Shown here one piece after another: positions 9,809 through 17,872 of a DNA stretch of 64,000 nt. Origin of the DNA: Candidatus Nanoarchaeia archaeon (GTDB lineage: Archaea > Nanobdellota > Nanobdellia > Tiddalikarchaeales > Tiddalikarchaeaceae); assembly GCA_041653395.1 (NCBI GenBank), contig JBAZFK010000004.1, positions 5,307 through 69,306 of the forward strand. Direction: 5' to 3'. A program made the translations under genes and the position numbers. The first letter of the stretch is position 1; the number at the start of each line of letters is the position of its first letter. The notes beneath the pieces are model-generated. The model worked only from the letters and a program-made list of their open reading frames with translations. It made no database searches and was not told the origin of the DNA.

Positions 9809-11158
9809 ATGAACAATCCTTTTAAAGCCTATGATGTAAGAGGAGTATTTAACAAAGAATTTTTTGCAGAGGATTTTTTCAAAATAGCCCTAGCATATTC
9901 TGACCTAATTAAACAGAAATCTTGCATAGCTTATGATTCAAGAACCTCATCACCAATACTAAAAGAGTCATTTATCAACGGTTTTATCTCAGGAGGAAAC
10001 GATATAATTGACTTAGGAATGCTTCCAATACCAGTATCAAACTATTATGCCCTAAACCATAAAATAGAATGCGTGATGATTACTGGAAGCCACACCCCGA
10101 AAGAATACAACGGCATAAAATTCTTTGATAAAAGAGGGGTAGTCTACAATGACAGATTAAAAACAATAGAAAAAAAATACTTGGAAAGCGACTTTAAAAG
10201 GTCAAACTTTGAGGAGTTAGGCAAAAAATCTGAGGATAATAATGCAATAAAAGAATACATTGAAAACATTACATCAAAAATAAAGCTCGAAAAAAACTTG
10301 AAAATAGTGCTAGACCACGGCAACGGAACAAGTGGATTAGTTGCTCCAGAGTTAATGAAAGAGCTAGGATGTAAAATCATAAACATCAGCCTAGAGCCTG
10401 ACGGGTTATTTCCTAACAGGGAGCCAGAGCCAACAGCCAATAATCTGAGCTTTCTGCAAAAAAGAATAATAGAAGAAAAAGCAGATTTTGGATGCGCATT
10501 TGACGGAGACGCAGACAGAAGTGTATTCGTTGATGATATGGGCAGAGTGATTGACGGAAGCAAAATGACAGCAATTTTTGCAAAGCACTATTTGGATAAA
10601 AACAAGAATGCTTACATTGTTGCAAGCATTGACATGAGTAGTGTTGTAAAAAAAGTAGTGGAAGACAACAATGGAATAATAGTCTGGTGCCCAGTTGGCA
10701 TGAAAAATATAGAAAAAGGATTGGTTGACAACAAAGGAATGATGGCAGGGGAAGTAAGTAGCCATTTTTATTTAAATGATTTTTACCCCTTCAGCGACGG
10801 AATACTCGCATGCGCGAAAATGGCACAACTCTTAAGCCAAAATAAAAAAAGTTTTTCAGAACTCATTAATGAACTGCCAGAGTATTCAATAAAGCACTCA
10901 AAATACTCATGCAGTAATCATGAAAAAAAGTTTGAAATCTTTGAAAAAATAAAAAAAGAACTAATAAAAAACTACAAAATAAATGATTGCGACGGCATAA
11001 AATTCTTTATAAACCAAACAGACTGGGTTTTAATCAGGCCAAGCAACACTGAACCCTTGATAAGGCTGACAATTGAAGCATCAAAGCAAAAAGAATTAGA
11101 AAAGTTGTTCAATTACTTTGAAGCTTTAATAAAGAAATTTATAAACAATGAGAAATAG
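9809..11158 (+). CDS. Phosphomannomutase/phosphoglucomutase 2
   Basis: FKAYDVRG, TGSHTP, FDGDADR, GEVSSH, RPSNTEP. Confidence 0.95.
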   Translation: MNNPFKAYDVRGVFNKEFFAEDFFKIALAYSDLIKQKSCIAYDSRTSSPILKESFINGFISGGNDIIDLGMLPIPVSNYYALNHKIECVMITGSHTPKEYNGIKFFDKRGVVYNDRLKTIEKKYLESDFKRSNFEELGKKSEDNNAIKEYIENITSKIKLEKNLKIVLDHGNGTSGLVAPELMKELGCKIINISLEPDGLFPNREPEPTANNLSFLQKRIIEEKADFGCAFDGDADRSVFVDDMGRVIDGSKMTAIFAKHYLDKNKNAYIVASIDMSSVVKKVVEDNNGIIVWCPVGMKNIEKGLVDNKGMMAGEVSSHFYLNDFYPFSDGILACAKMAQLLSQNKKSFSELINELPEYSIKHSKYSCSNHEKKFEIFEKIKKELIKNYKINDCDGIKFFINQTDWVLIRPSNTEPLIRLTIEASKQKELEKLFNYFEALIKKFINNEK

Positions 11159-12416
11159 TGATAGAATAATGAAAGCAGTAATATTAGCAGGAGGTTACGG
11201 CAAAAGGCTGCAGCCGCTAACATTAAGGACCCCGAAAGGAATACTTCCAGTTGCTGACTCAACAATAATAGAGATGACTTTAAAAGAACTGGAGAAGCTA
11301 AAGATTGAAAAGGTAATACTGTCGCTTAACAAGAACCAGTCAAAAGTGAAGGACTTGCTTGACGAAAGATACAAAGGAATAAAGATAGAATACATTTTTG
11401 AAGAATCAAAAAAAGATTCGGATAAGTTAGGAGCAATAGGTGCCCTAGCATTCATTATTAAAAAATTCGGCCAAGATGACTACATAATATTAGGCTCAGA
11501 TAACTACATTAAAGGGTTAGATTACCAAAAAATGCTCGAGCAGCATAAGGAAAAAAAATCAGAGGCAACAATAGCATTATATGAATTAAGCGACATGTCA
11601 AAAGTGTCATATTACGGAATCGCAGTGCTAAACCAGGATAAAGCTATAACAAGATTCCAGGAAAAGCCAAAAGTTGAGGAGGCGAATTCAAAACTAGCGT
11701 CAACATTTAATTACCTAATAACGAAGAATTTCAGCAAAAAAATCTTGGACTATGTTGCAATGAAATTAAAAGAAGGGAAAAAACCAGACAATGTCGGGGA
11801 TTTATGGGAATATTACTTAGAAAACTCAAAAATTCACGGCTTCGAATTCAGCGGAGAATGGGGAGATTTAGGAAAGCCTTTGCCATATATTGAAATAAAC
11901 CATAAGGCATTAAACATAATAAAAAGGGATATAAGCAGGGAATCAGAGTACGGCTCAAATGTGAAAATATCAGGCAATGTCATAATAAAAAAAGGATGCA
12001 AAATAAAAGACAACACAATAATAATAGGGCCATGCTTTATAGATGAAAATGTGACAATAGGAGAAAACTCAATGGTAGGGCCTTACACAACAATACTTCA
12101 TGACACATTAATAGGCAAAGACAACTTCATAAACGGCTCAATACTTTTTGAAAAAATCAAGACCAAAGAGAACGTGAAAATAACCAGAGCATTAATAGAC
12201 GGAGGCTGTGAAATACAGGAAAACAACAAAATTGAGGAGCAAGCAACAATAGGCTACTCCTGCACAATAGAAAAAGACTCCCAAATATTATACAACACTA
12301 AACTCTGGCCTTTTTTGACAATAGGCAATAACTCAACAATAAACGGAACAATCAATTACGAATTAGATTATATTAAATTTGAGCCAAGAATAAAGAACTC
12401 AAAATACTGGAAGTAA
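11148..12416 (+). CDS. NDP-sugar synthase (nucleotidyltransferase plus left-handed beta-helix; Man-1-P guanylyltransferase/GlmU-like)
   Basis: ILAGGYGKRLQPLT..TPK, FQEKP, WGDLG, C-terminal hexapeptide repeats (IIGPCFIDENVTIG); start may be the ATG at 11169. Confidence 0.88.
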   Translation: MRNSDRIMKAVILAGGYGKRLQPLTLRTPKGILPVADSTIIEMTLKELEKLKIEKVILSLNKNQSKVKDLLDERYKGIKIEYIFEESKKDSDKLGAIGALAFIIKKFGQDDYIILGSDNYIKGLDYQKMLEQHKEKKSEATIALYELSDMSKVSYYGIAVLNQDKAITRFQEKPKVEEANSKLASTFNYLITKNFSKKILDYVAMKLKEGKKPDNVGDLWEYYLENSKIHGFEFSGEWGDLGKPLPYIEINHKALNIIKRDISRESEYGSNVKISGNVIIKKGCKIKDNTIIIGPCFIDENVTIGENSMVGPYTTILHDTLIGKDNFINGSILFEKIKTKENVKITRALIDGGCEIQENNKIEEQATIGYSCTIEKDSQILYNTKLWPFLTIGNNSTINGTINYELDYIKFEPRIKNSKYWK

Positions 12417-12451
12417 GATTTTTTAATCTATTAAATATTAATCTTAATATC

Positions 12452-12847
12452 ATGTTTGAGAAACTGCCAAAAAAATTCATCAAATATTTCTTAGTAGGAG
12501 GGCTGGCCTTCATAATGGATTACTTATTAAGCATGTTTTTTTTCATGTTTTTGTCATTCACGGAAGTTTTGTCAAACACAATGTCAGTATTCATAGTGTC
12601 AGTGATGAAGTTTTTCATGAACAAGAAATTCACCTTTAAAAATACAAGCAAAAAGGCAAAAGAGCAATTAATGATGTCTTTTGTTGTCATGGGATTTTAC
12701 ATTGTTTTTACAAGCACTTTAGTCTACTTATTTTCAAACATTTTAGGTATAGAATTTTACATAACAAAAGTGCTAGTTGTAGCTTTAGGAGTATCATTTA
12801 ATTATTACATGGACAAGAATTTAACCTTCAACAAGAGGTTTGACTAA
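12452..12847 (+). CDS. GtrA family membrane protein (lipid-linked sugar translocase-like)
   Basis: FIKYFLVG, NKKFTF, FNYYMDKNLTF; four hydrophobic segments. Confidence 0.88.
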   Translation: MFEKLPKKFIKYFLVGGLAFIMDYLLSMFFFMFLSFTEVLSNTMSVFIVSVMKFFMNKKFTFKNTSKKAKEQLMMSFVVMGFYIVFTSTLVYLFSNILGIEFYITKVLVVALGVSFNYYMDKNLTFNKRFD

Positions 12848-13642
12848 ATGAACTTAAAAGAATTAATGAAGAATGACTTAACTATTCAAGAATTAAGTTT
12901 GCTTAAAAGAAGCTTTGACCAAATAGGCAGCATAGCGCAGTTAGAGATTCCAAAAGAGCTAGAATCTAAGGAGAAATTAATTTCTGAAAAAATAATTGAA
13001 ACCTACAAAAATATAAAAACTGTTGTAAAAAAAGAGGATATAACTTTAGGAGAATACAGAATCAGGCCAGTGAAACTCTTGGCAGGCGAAAAAACTACAA
13101 CAACTTTACACAAGGAAAATGGCATCTTAATGAGCCTGGATTTAAACAAAGTATTTTTCACCCCAAGATTATCAGGAGAAAGGCTGAGAGTGTTAAGTTT
13201 AATTAAAAAGAATGATTTTGTTGCTGACTTATTCTGTGGAGTGGGGCCTTATGCAATACTGATTGCCAAATTCTCAAAAGCCAAAAAAGTCTTAGCCAAT
13301 GACCTAAACCCTGATGCCTACAAATACTTAACTGAAAATGCCAAGAAAAACAAGGTAACAATGGAGTGCTATAATAAGGATGCAAGAAATTTTCATAACT
13401 TGAATGCGGACAAAGTAATAATGAACATACCAAAATTCTCAGAATCCTTCCTAAAAACAGCATTTGACAACTGCAAAATAGGGGGAAGAGTGTTTTATTA
13501 CTGCTTTGCAAATGACAAAGAATTAAATGAAAGGATAAAAGAAATAAAGAAAGCAGGCAAAGCCAGAATCTTAAAAAAAACGAAATGCGGCGATATTGGT
13601 CCAGGAACTTACAGATGGTGCATTGATTTTAAAAAACTTTGA
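12848..13642 (+). CDS. trm5: tRNA (guanine37-N1)-methyltransferase, Trm5 family, short form lacking the N-terminal domain
   Basis: SFDQIGSIA, GEYRIR, HKENG, FFTPRLSGER, DLFCGVGPY, NDLNP, VIMNIP. Confidence 0.85.
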   Translation: MNLKELMKNDLTIQELSLLKRSFDQIGSIAQLEIPKELESKEKLISEKIIETYKNIKTVVKKEDITLGEYRIRPVKLLAGEKTTTTLHKENGILMSLDLNKVFFTPRLSGERLRVLSLIKKNDFVADLFCGVGPYAILIAKFSKAKKVLANDLNPDAYKYLTENAKKNKVTMECYNKDARNFHNLNADKVIMNIPKFSESFLKTAFDNCKIGGRVFYYCFANDKELNERIKEIKKAGKARILKKTKCGDIGPGTYRWCIDFKKL

Positions 13643-15298
13643 TTAATCTTTTTTATATATCTTTGCAAGAGGCGCGCCCATAGCTTTTATTTCATACAAT
13701 AATGAATAGCCGCTTTCTTCAATTTTTTGGGTAGTAATATTAGGTGTAATATTATTACTCCAGTCATAAGCTATTTCTCCAGAGTAGCATAAAACATTCA
13801 TTAAAACATAATCTCCTGATAAATTAGTTGAGGGATAAACTAATTTTAAATCACTCCTTAAAGGATAATAAGAGGGATTTGGCATAAGAAATAATTGGAC
13901 TGATGAATTTTGCTCAGCTATTTTATTAACATATTCAACTGCTTCACCAACACCTTCCCCCCAAATACCAACTTTCAAATAATTAATAGCATAAGCTCCA
14001 ACAGAGAATCCTGTTAATTCATTATAATAACTTAAATAAAAAGGATGAATAAAGAATACATTCAGCAACATGTAAATAATTAAGGGAATGTAAATTTTTT
14101 TGCTTAAATAACTAGCACCTATACCTGCCATTAGTGACAATGGGATGATTGTAACAAGTATATATCTAAAAATATTCGTGTTCAAAAATGAAATAAAAGG
14201 CAATAATAACCATAATAACAATATTTTTTCTCTTTTTTTAATAACTGAATAAATTGCCAATAATATTAATAGCAAGGGAGTTTTTGTAAAAAAATTAATC
14301 ATTAATTCTATTGACCACATGAAACTAAAACCACTTCTTCTGTTAGTATTGCTTAATGTTTTCATTAAATTATTAACCAAATCATGCCATAAATAAGGCC
14401 ATATAATAATTAATGTCAATAAAGCTATTGTTAAAAGAATAAAACAATACTTAAAAAAATCCAAAAAAAATCCAATATTTACTTGTTTTTCTTTAAAATT
14501 TATTAAATATTTTTTATTTGAATTTAAAGATAGCATTGCACTTAATAGGGGTATGACAAATATTCCATTCATTCTAGTAGATATTGCCAATCCACATAAT
14601 ATTCCTATCAATATAATATTTTTTTTATTCATCCTTAAATATCCATATATTGCCAAAGTAAAAAACAAAAGATAAGAACTTTCAAGGGTTGATAGTTTAG
14701 TGTAAGCTATGAATGTTGGAGAAAAAGAAAGTAGCAACGCAGAGATTATTCCAGCCTTATTTGAATGAATTTTTTTGCCTATCAAAAAAACAATTATGCA
14801 GGTAATGCTCCCAAGAATCGCGCTCATAGTTCTTGACCAATAAATAAGGTTTAAGTAACTACTATTTTGGGTGATTTTTTTACAAATAATACTTATCAAG
14901 CCATAAAAATATTTCCCTAAAGGGGGATGGTCATAATAAACAATATTACTATCAGTCCATACATCACTATCATAGTCTATATTAAGCAATGCTGTAACTT
15001 GCTGGATTCCAGAATACATATTTGCATGCTCATCCCAAGTAACATAAGGTTTTTCTAGATTTATAATCCTTAAAATAATTGATAAAACGAATATTAATGC
15101 AATAAAAAACAAAGTATAATCCTTTTTTTTTGCTATTTTTTTTGCTATATAATAATAAGTATTATTGTCAATTTCTTTTTTTTCAACATTATTCAATTTT
15201 TTCATTACTTTTTTTATTTTGTCTTTATTAATATCCAACTCTTTGGACAACTCAGATAAAGTGTATTCTCCTTTCTCTAATAATTCCTTTAATTCCAT
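13643..15298 (-). CDS. GT-C glycosyltransferase (PMT/ArnT-like) with an N-terminal HTH-like extension
   Basis: LRIINL..WDE, DHPPLGKY, multiple TM helices, STRMNG, FRYIL; N-terminal YTLSELSKELDINKDKIKKVM resembles a winged HTH. Confidence 0.85.
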   Translation of the reverse strand: MELKELLEKGEYTLSELSKELDINKDKIKKVMKKLNNVEKKEIDNNTYYYIAKKIAKKKDYTLFFIALIFVLSIILRIINLEKPYVTWDEHANMYSGIQQVTALLNIDYDSDVWTDSNIVYYDHPPLGKYFYGLISIICKKITQNSSYLNLIYWSRTMSAILGSITCIIVFLIGKKIHSNKAGIISALLLSFSPTFIAYTKLSTLESSYLLFFTLAIYGYLRMNKKNIILIGILCGLAISTRMNGIFVIPLLSAMLSLNSNKKYLINFKEKQVNIGFFLDFFKYCFILLTIALLTLIIIWPYLWHDLVNNLMKTLSNTNRRSGFSFMWSIELMINFFTKTPLLLILLAIYSVIKKREKILLLWLLLPFISFLNTNIFRYILVTIIPLSLMAGIGASYLSKKIYIPLIIYMLLNVFFIHPFYLSYYNELTGFSVGAYAINYLKVGIWGEGVGEAVEYVNKIAEQNSSVQLFLMPNPSYYPLRSDLKLVYPSTNLSGDYVLMNVLCYSGEIAYDWSNNITPNITTQKIEESGYSLLYEIKAMGAPLAKIYKKD

Positions 15299-15377
15299 TA
15301 AATAAAAACTAATTATTAATAATTTTTAAAAGTAATTAAAAAACTATAAAAATGATAGTTAAATATTCTTTATAATA

Positions 15378-16877
15378 ATGGTTAAGACTTCTTTAAGGGT
15401 AAAATTGCTTCACATTGAAACTGGAAGCATTAGTATTGTTGTGCTTAACTCAGAGCAAGCTAAGGATTTGGATTTAAAGCACTTAGACAGGGTTAGGGTT
15501 TATAATCATAAGAAAAGCATTATTTGCAGCGTTGACATTACTAAAATTGCAGTAAAAAAAGGCGAAATAGGCTTGTTTGTAGAGCCAGAATCACAGTTAG
15601 GTTTTAAGGATGGTGAGGAATTATTGATTGAAAGCGTCCCTAAACCCAAAGGATTAAGCGCTATTAGGGAAAAATTAGATGGTAAAGAGTTAAGCAAGGA
15701 AGACTTATATGACATTGTTAAAAACATTGTTGATGATGAATTAAGCGATGTTGAGCTAACTGCTTTCATTACAGCCTCTTATTGCAAAGGGTTAAGTTTT
15801 GAAGAAACTTATAATCTTACAAAGGCAATGGTTGAAACTGGAGAAGTCTTAAACTTCGGCAAAGGTCCAGTTTTTGACAAGCACTCAATTGGAGGCGTTC
15901 CAGGCAACAGGGTGACAATGGTATTGATTCCAATTGTTGCAAGCCAAGGCATAAAAATTCCAAAAACTTCATCAAGAGCAATCACCAGCCCTAGCGGAAC
16001 TGCTGACACTGTTGAAGTATTATGCCCAGTTACTTTATCCAAGGAAAAAATTAAGTCAATAGTTGACAAATTCAATGGCTGCATGGTTTGGGGAGGAAGC
16101 TTTAATTTAGCTCCAGCTGATGACAAAATCATCAAGGTTGAGAAGCCTTTAAGCATTGACGCTGAAGGCCAAATGCTTGCAAGCATTTTGGCAAAAAAAA
16201 TTAGCGTAGGCTCAAATCACATAGTAATAGATTTGCCAATAGGTCCAGGAACTAAGCTTCCGACCCATGAAAAATCAGAGCACTTGACTGAAATGTTCAT
16301 TAATTTAGGCAAGAAATTAGGGGTTAAGATTGAATGCATTGAAAGCAACGGAAGTCAGCCTTGTGGAAACGGGGTAGGTCCAGCCTTAGAAGTCATTGAT
16401 GTTTTGAAAATTTTGACAAATGAGCCTAGCCAGCCAATGGATTTAAGGGAAAAAAGCTTAATGTTTGCTGCTAAAATCTTTGAAATGAGTAGCATTGCAA
16501 GAAAAGGAAAAGGCATAGATTTAGCAAGAAAAGTATTGGAATCAGGAGAGGCTTATGCTCATTTCAAAAAAATCATTAAAGCGCAAGGAGGAAACCCTGA
16601 TGTTAAAATTTCAGACATTAAGGTTGGAAGCTTTGTTTATGAATATAAGACGAATTGTAAAGGAATAATTACAATGATTAATAATAAAGCAATTGCTGAC
16701 ATTGCAAGGGCTGCAGGAGCGCCTTATAATAAAGGAGCAGGAGTGTTCGTAAAGTCCAAATTATCTGATTTAGTCAATGAAAATGACACTTTAATGGTTA
16801 TTCATTCAGAATCAAGGGAGAAACTGCTCAGAGCTATTGAATTGCTAAATGACAAAAAAGTTTTCACAGTTCAATAA
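15378..16877 (+). CDS. AMP phosphorylase (thymidine phosphorylase family, archaeal type)
   Basis: DKHSIGGVPGNR, PKTSSRAITSPSGTAD, QMLASILAKK, GNGVGPALE, IARAAGAP. Confidence 0.93.
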   Translation: MVKTSLRVKLLHIETGSISIVVLNSEQAKDLDLKHLDRVRVYNHKKSIICSVDITKIAVKKGEIGLFVEPESQLGFKDGEELLIESVPKPKGLSAIREKLDGKELSKEDLYDIVKNIVDDELSDVELTAFITASYCKGLSFEETYNLTKAMVETGEVLNFGKGPVFDKHSIGGVPGNRVTMVLIPIVASQGIKIPKTSSRAITSPSGTADTVEVLCPVTLSKEKIKSIVDKFNGCMVWGGSFNLAPADDKIIKVEKPLSIDAEGQMLASILAKKISVGSNHIVIDLPIGPGTKLPTHEKSEHLTEMFINLGKKLGVKIECIESNGSQPCGNGVGPALEVIDVLKILTNEPSQPMDLREKSLMFAAKIFEMSSIARKGKGIDLARKVLESGEAYAHFKKIIKAQGGNPDVKISDIKVGSFVYEYKTNCKGIITMINNKAIADIARAAGAPYNKGAGVFVKSKLSDLVNENDTLMVIHSESREKLLRAIELLNDKKVFTVQ

Positions 16878-16917
16878 TAGTAAAGCTTTTAAAATACTCT
16901 TTTAATTAATATTAAAT

Positions 16918-17124
16918 ATGGGCAGAGTTAGAAACACATTCATTAAGAGAAATGCAAGAAAAATACTTGAAAAATATCCTGATGCTGCTGCAAAGACTTT
17001 TGAAGAAAACAAGGCTTCTTTGAAATCAAAAGCTGACTTTGCAAGCAAGAAGATTAGGAATAGGGTTGCAGGTTTTTTTACATTCATTAAAAAGAAAGGG
17101 ATAAGCCTTAAGAAAGTAGAATAA
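16918..17124 (+). CDS. rps17e: 30S ribosomal protein S17e
   Basis: MGRVRNTFIKR..FEENK..SKKIRNRVAGF. Confidence 0.95.
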   Translation: MGRVRNTFIKRNARKILEKYPDAAAKTFEENKASLKSKADFASKKIRNRVAGFFTFIKKKGISLKKVE

Positions 17125-17152
17125 AATCTAATTCTTTCATGATTTTATAACA

Positions 17153-17872
17153 TTATTTCATTTTTATTAATTTTACATAATCTTCAATGATTTTCAGCGA
17201 ATTTTCGCAAAAATCCTCCAAAGAAAGGATTTTTGTATTCTTTTTCATCTCTATGAACTCTTCAGAATTCCTCTTATGGTCTAGCAAGAAATATTCCCTG
17301 GTTCTTAACAGCCTTTGTATGTTGCCATCTAATTTTGTGTATTTGTCAAAATAATCCTCAGAAAGCTTTGCTAATTCGAGCTCGTATTCTAGCGAGATAT
17401 TTTGCATTCTTGACCTGAAATAGATTTGTGTTAAATTCTTTAATAAAACGTTATCGCTATAAATTTTTTTGTCTTTAATGCATATCATTAAATCTTTTGT
17501 TATATATTCATAACCCATAGACTCAGGCTTATCAGTTTCCATACCATTGTCATTTATTTCAAAGCCTATGGATTTTACTTTTGCTAAATAATAAGGCTTT
17601 AATGCTTGCTCAAATGCTGAAATGTTTTTGTCAGGAAGCAATATTATAACATAAGAAGGTTTGTGATTATGCCCTGAGCATGAAGCGAAAGTTTTAATCT
17701 TATAGCAATAGTTTAAAATCCTTAAAAAAGGCATCATTTCCAGATCTATCAATTTATCATTCTTGTTTTTTTCAATATACTTAAAATTTAAGCCTATGTG
17801 TTGGTAGTTAGTTTCCATAACTATAAAAATGGAATTTTTAATGTTTAAATAATTTTCTAACAAATGATCCAA
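17153..17872 (-). CDS. Hypothetical protein with a Taw3/TYW3-like ID..LN..T..SCSG motif
   Basis: IDLEMMPFLRILN..IKTFASCSGH; directly follows leuS; start uncertain (TTG at 17872 or ATG at 17818). Confidence 0.6.
   Translation of the reverse strand: MDHLLENYLNIKNSIFIVMETNYQHIGLNFKYIEKNKNDKLIDLEMMPFLRILNYCYKIKTFASCSGHNHKPSYVIILLPDKNISAFEQALKPYYLAKVKSIGFEINDNGMETDKPESMGYEYITKDLMICIKDKKIYSDNVLLKNLTQIYFRSRMQNISLEYELELAKLSEDYFDKYTKLDGNIQRLLRTREYFLLDHKRNSEEFIEMKKNTKILSLEDFCENSLKIIEDYVKLIKMK

Noticed and set aside
15378..16877. Complete AMP/Rubisco nucleoside salvage pathway
   Set aside because: Only AMP phosphorylase is here; R15P isomerase and form III Rubisco are not in the window.
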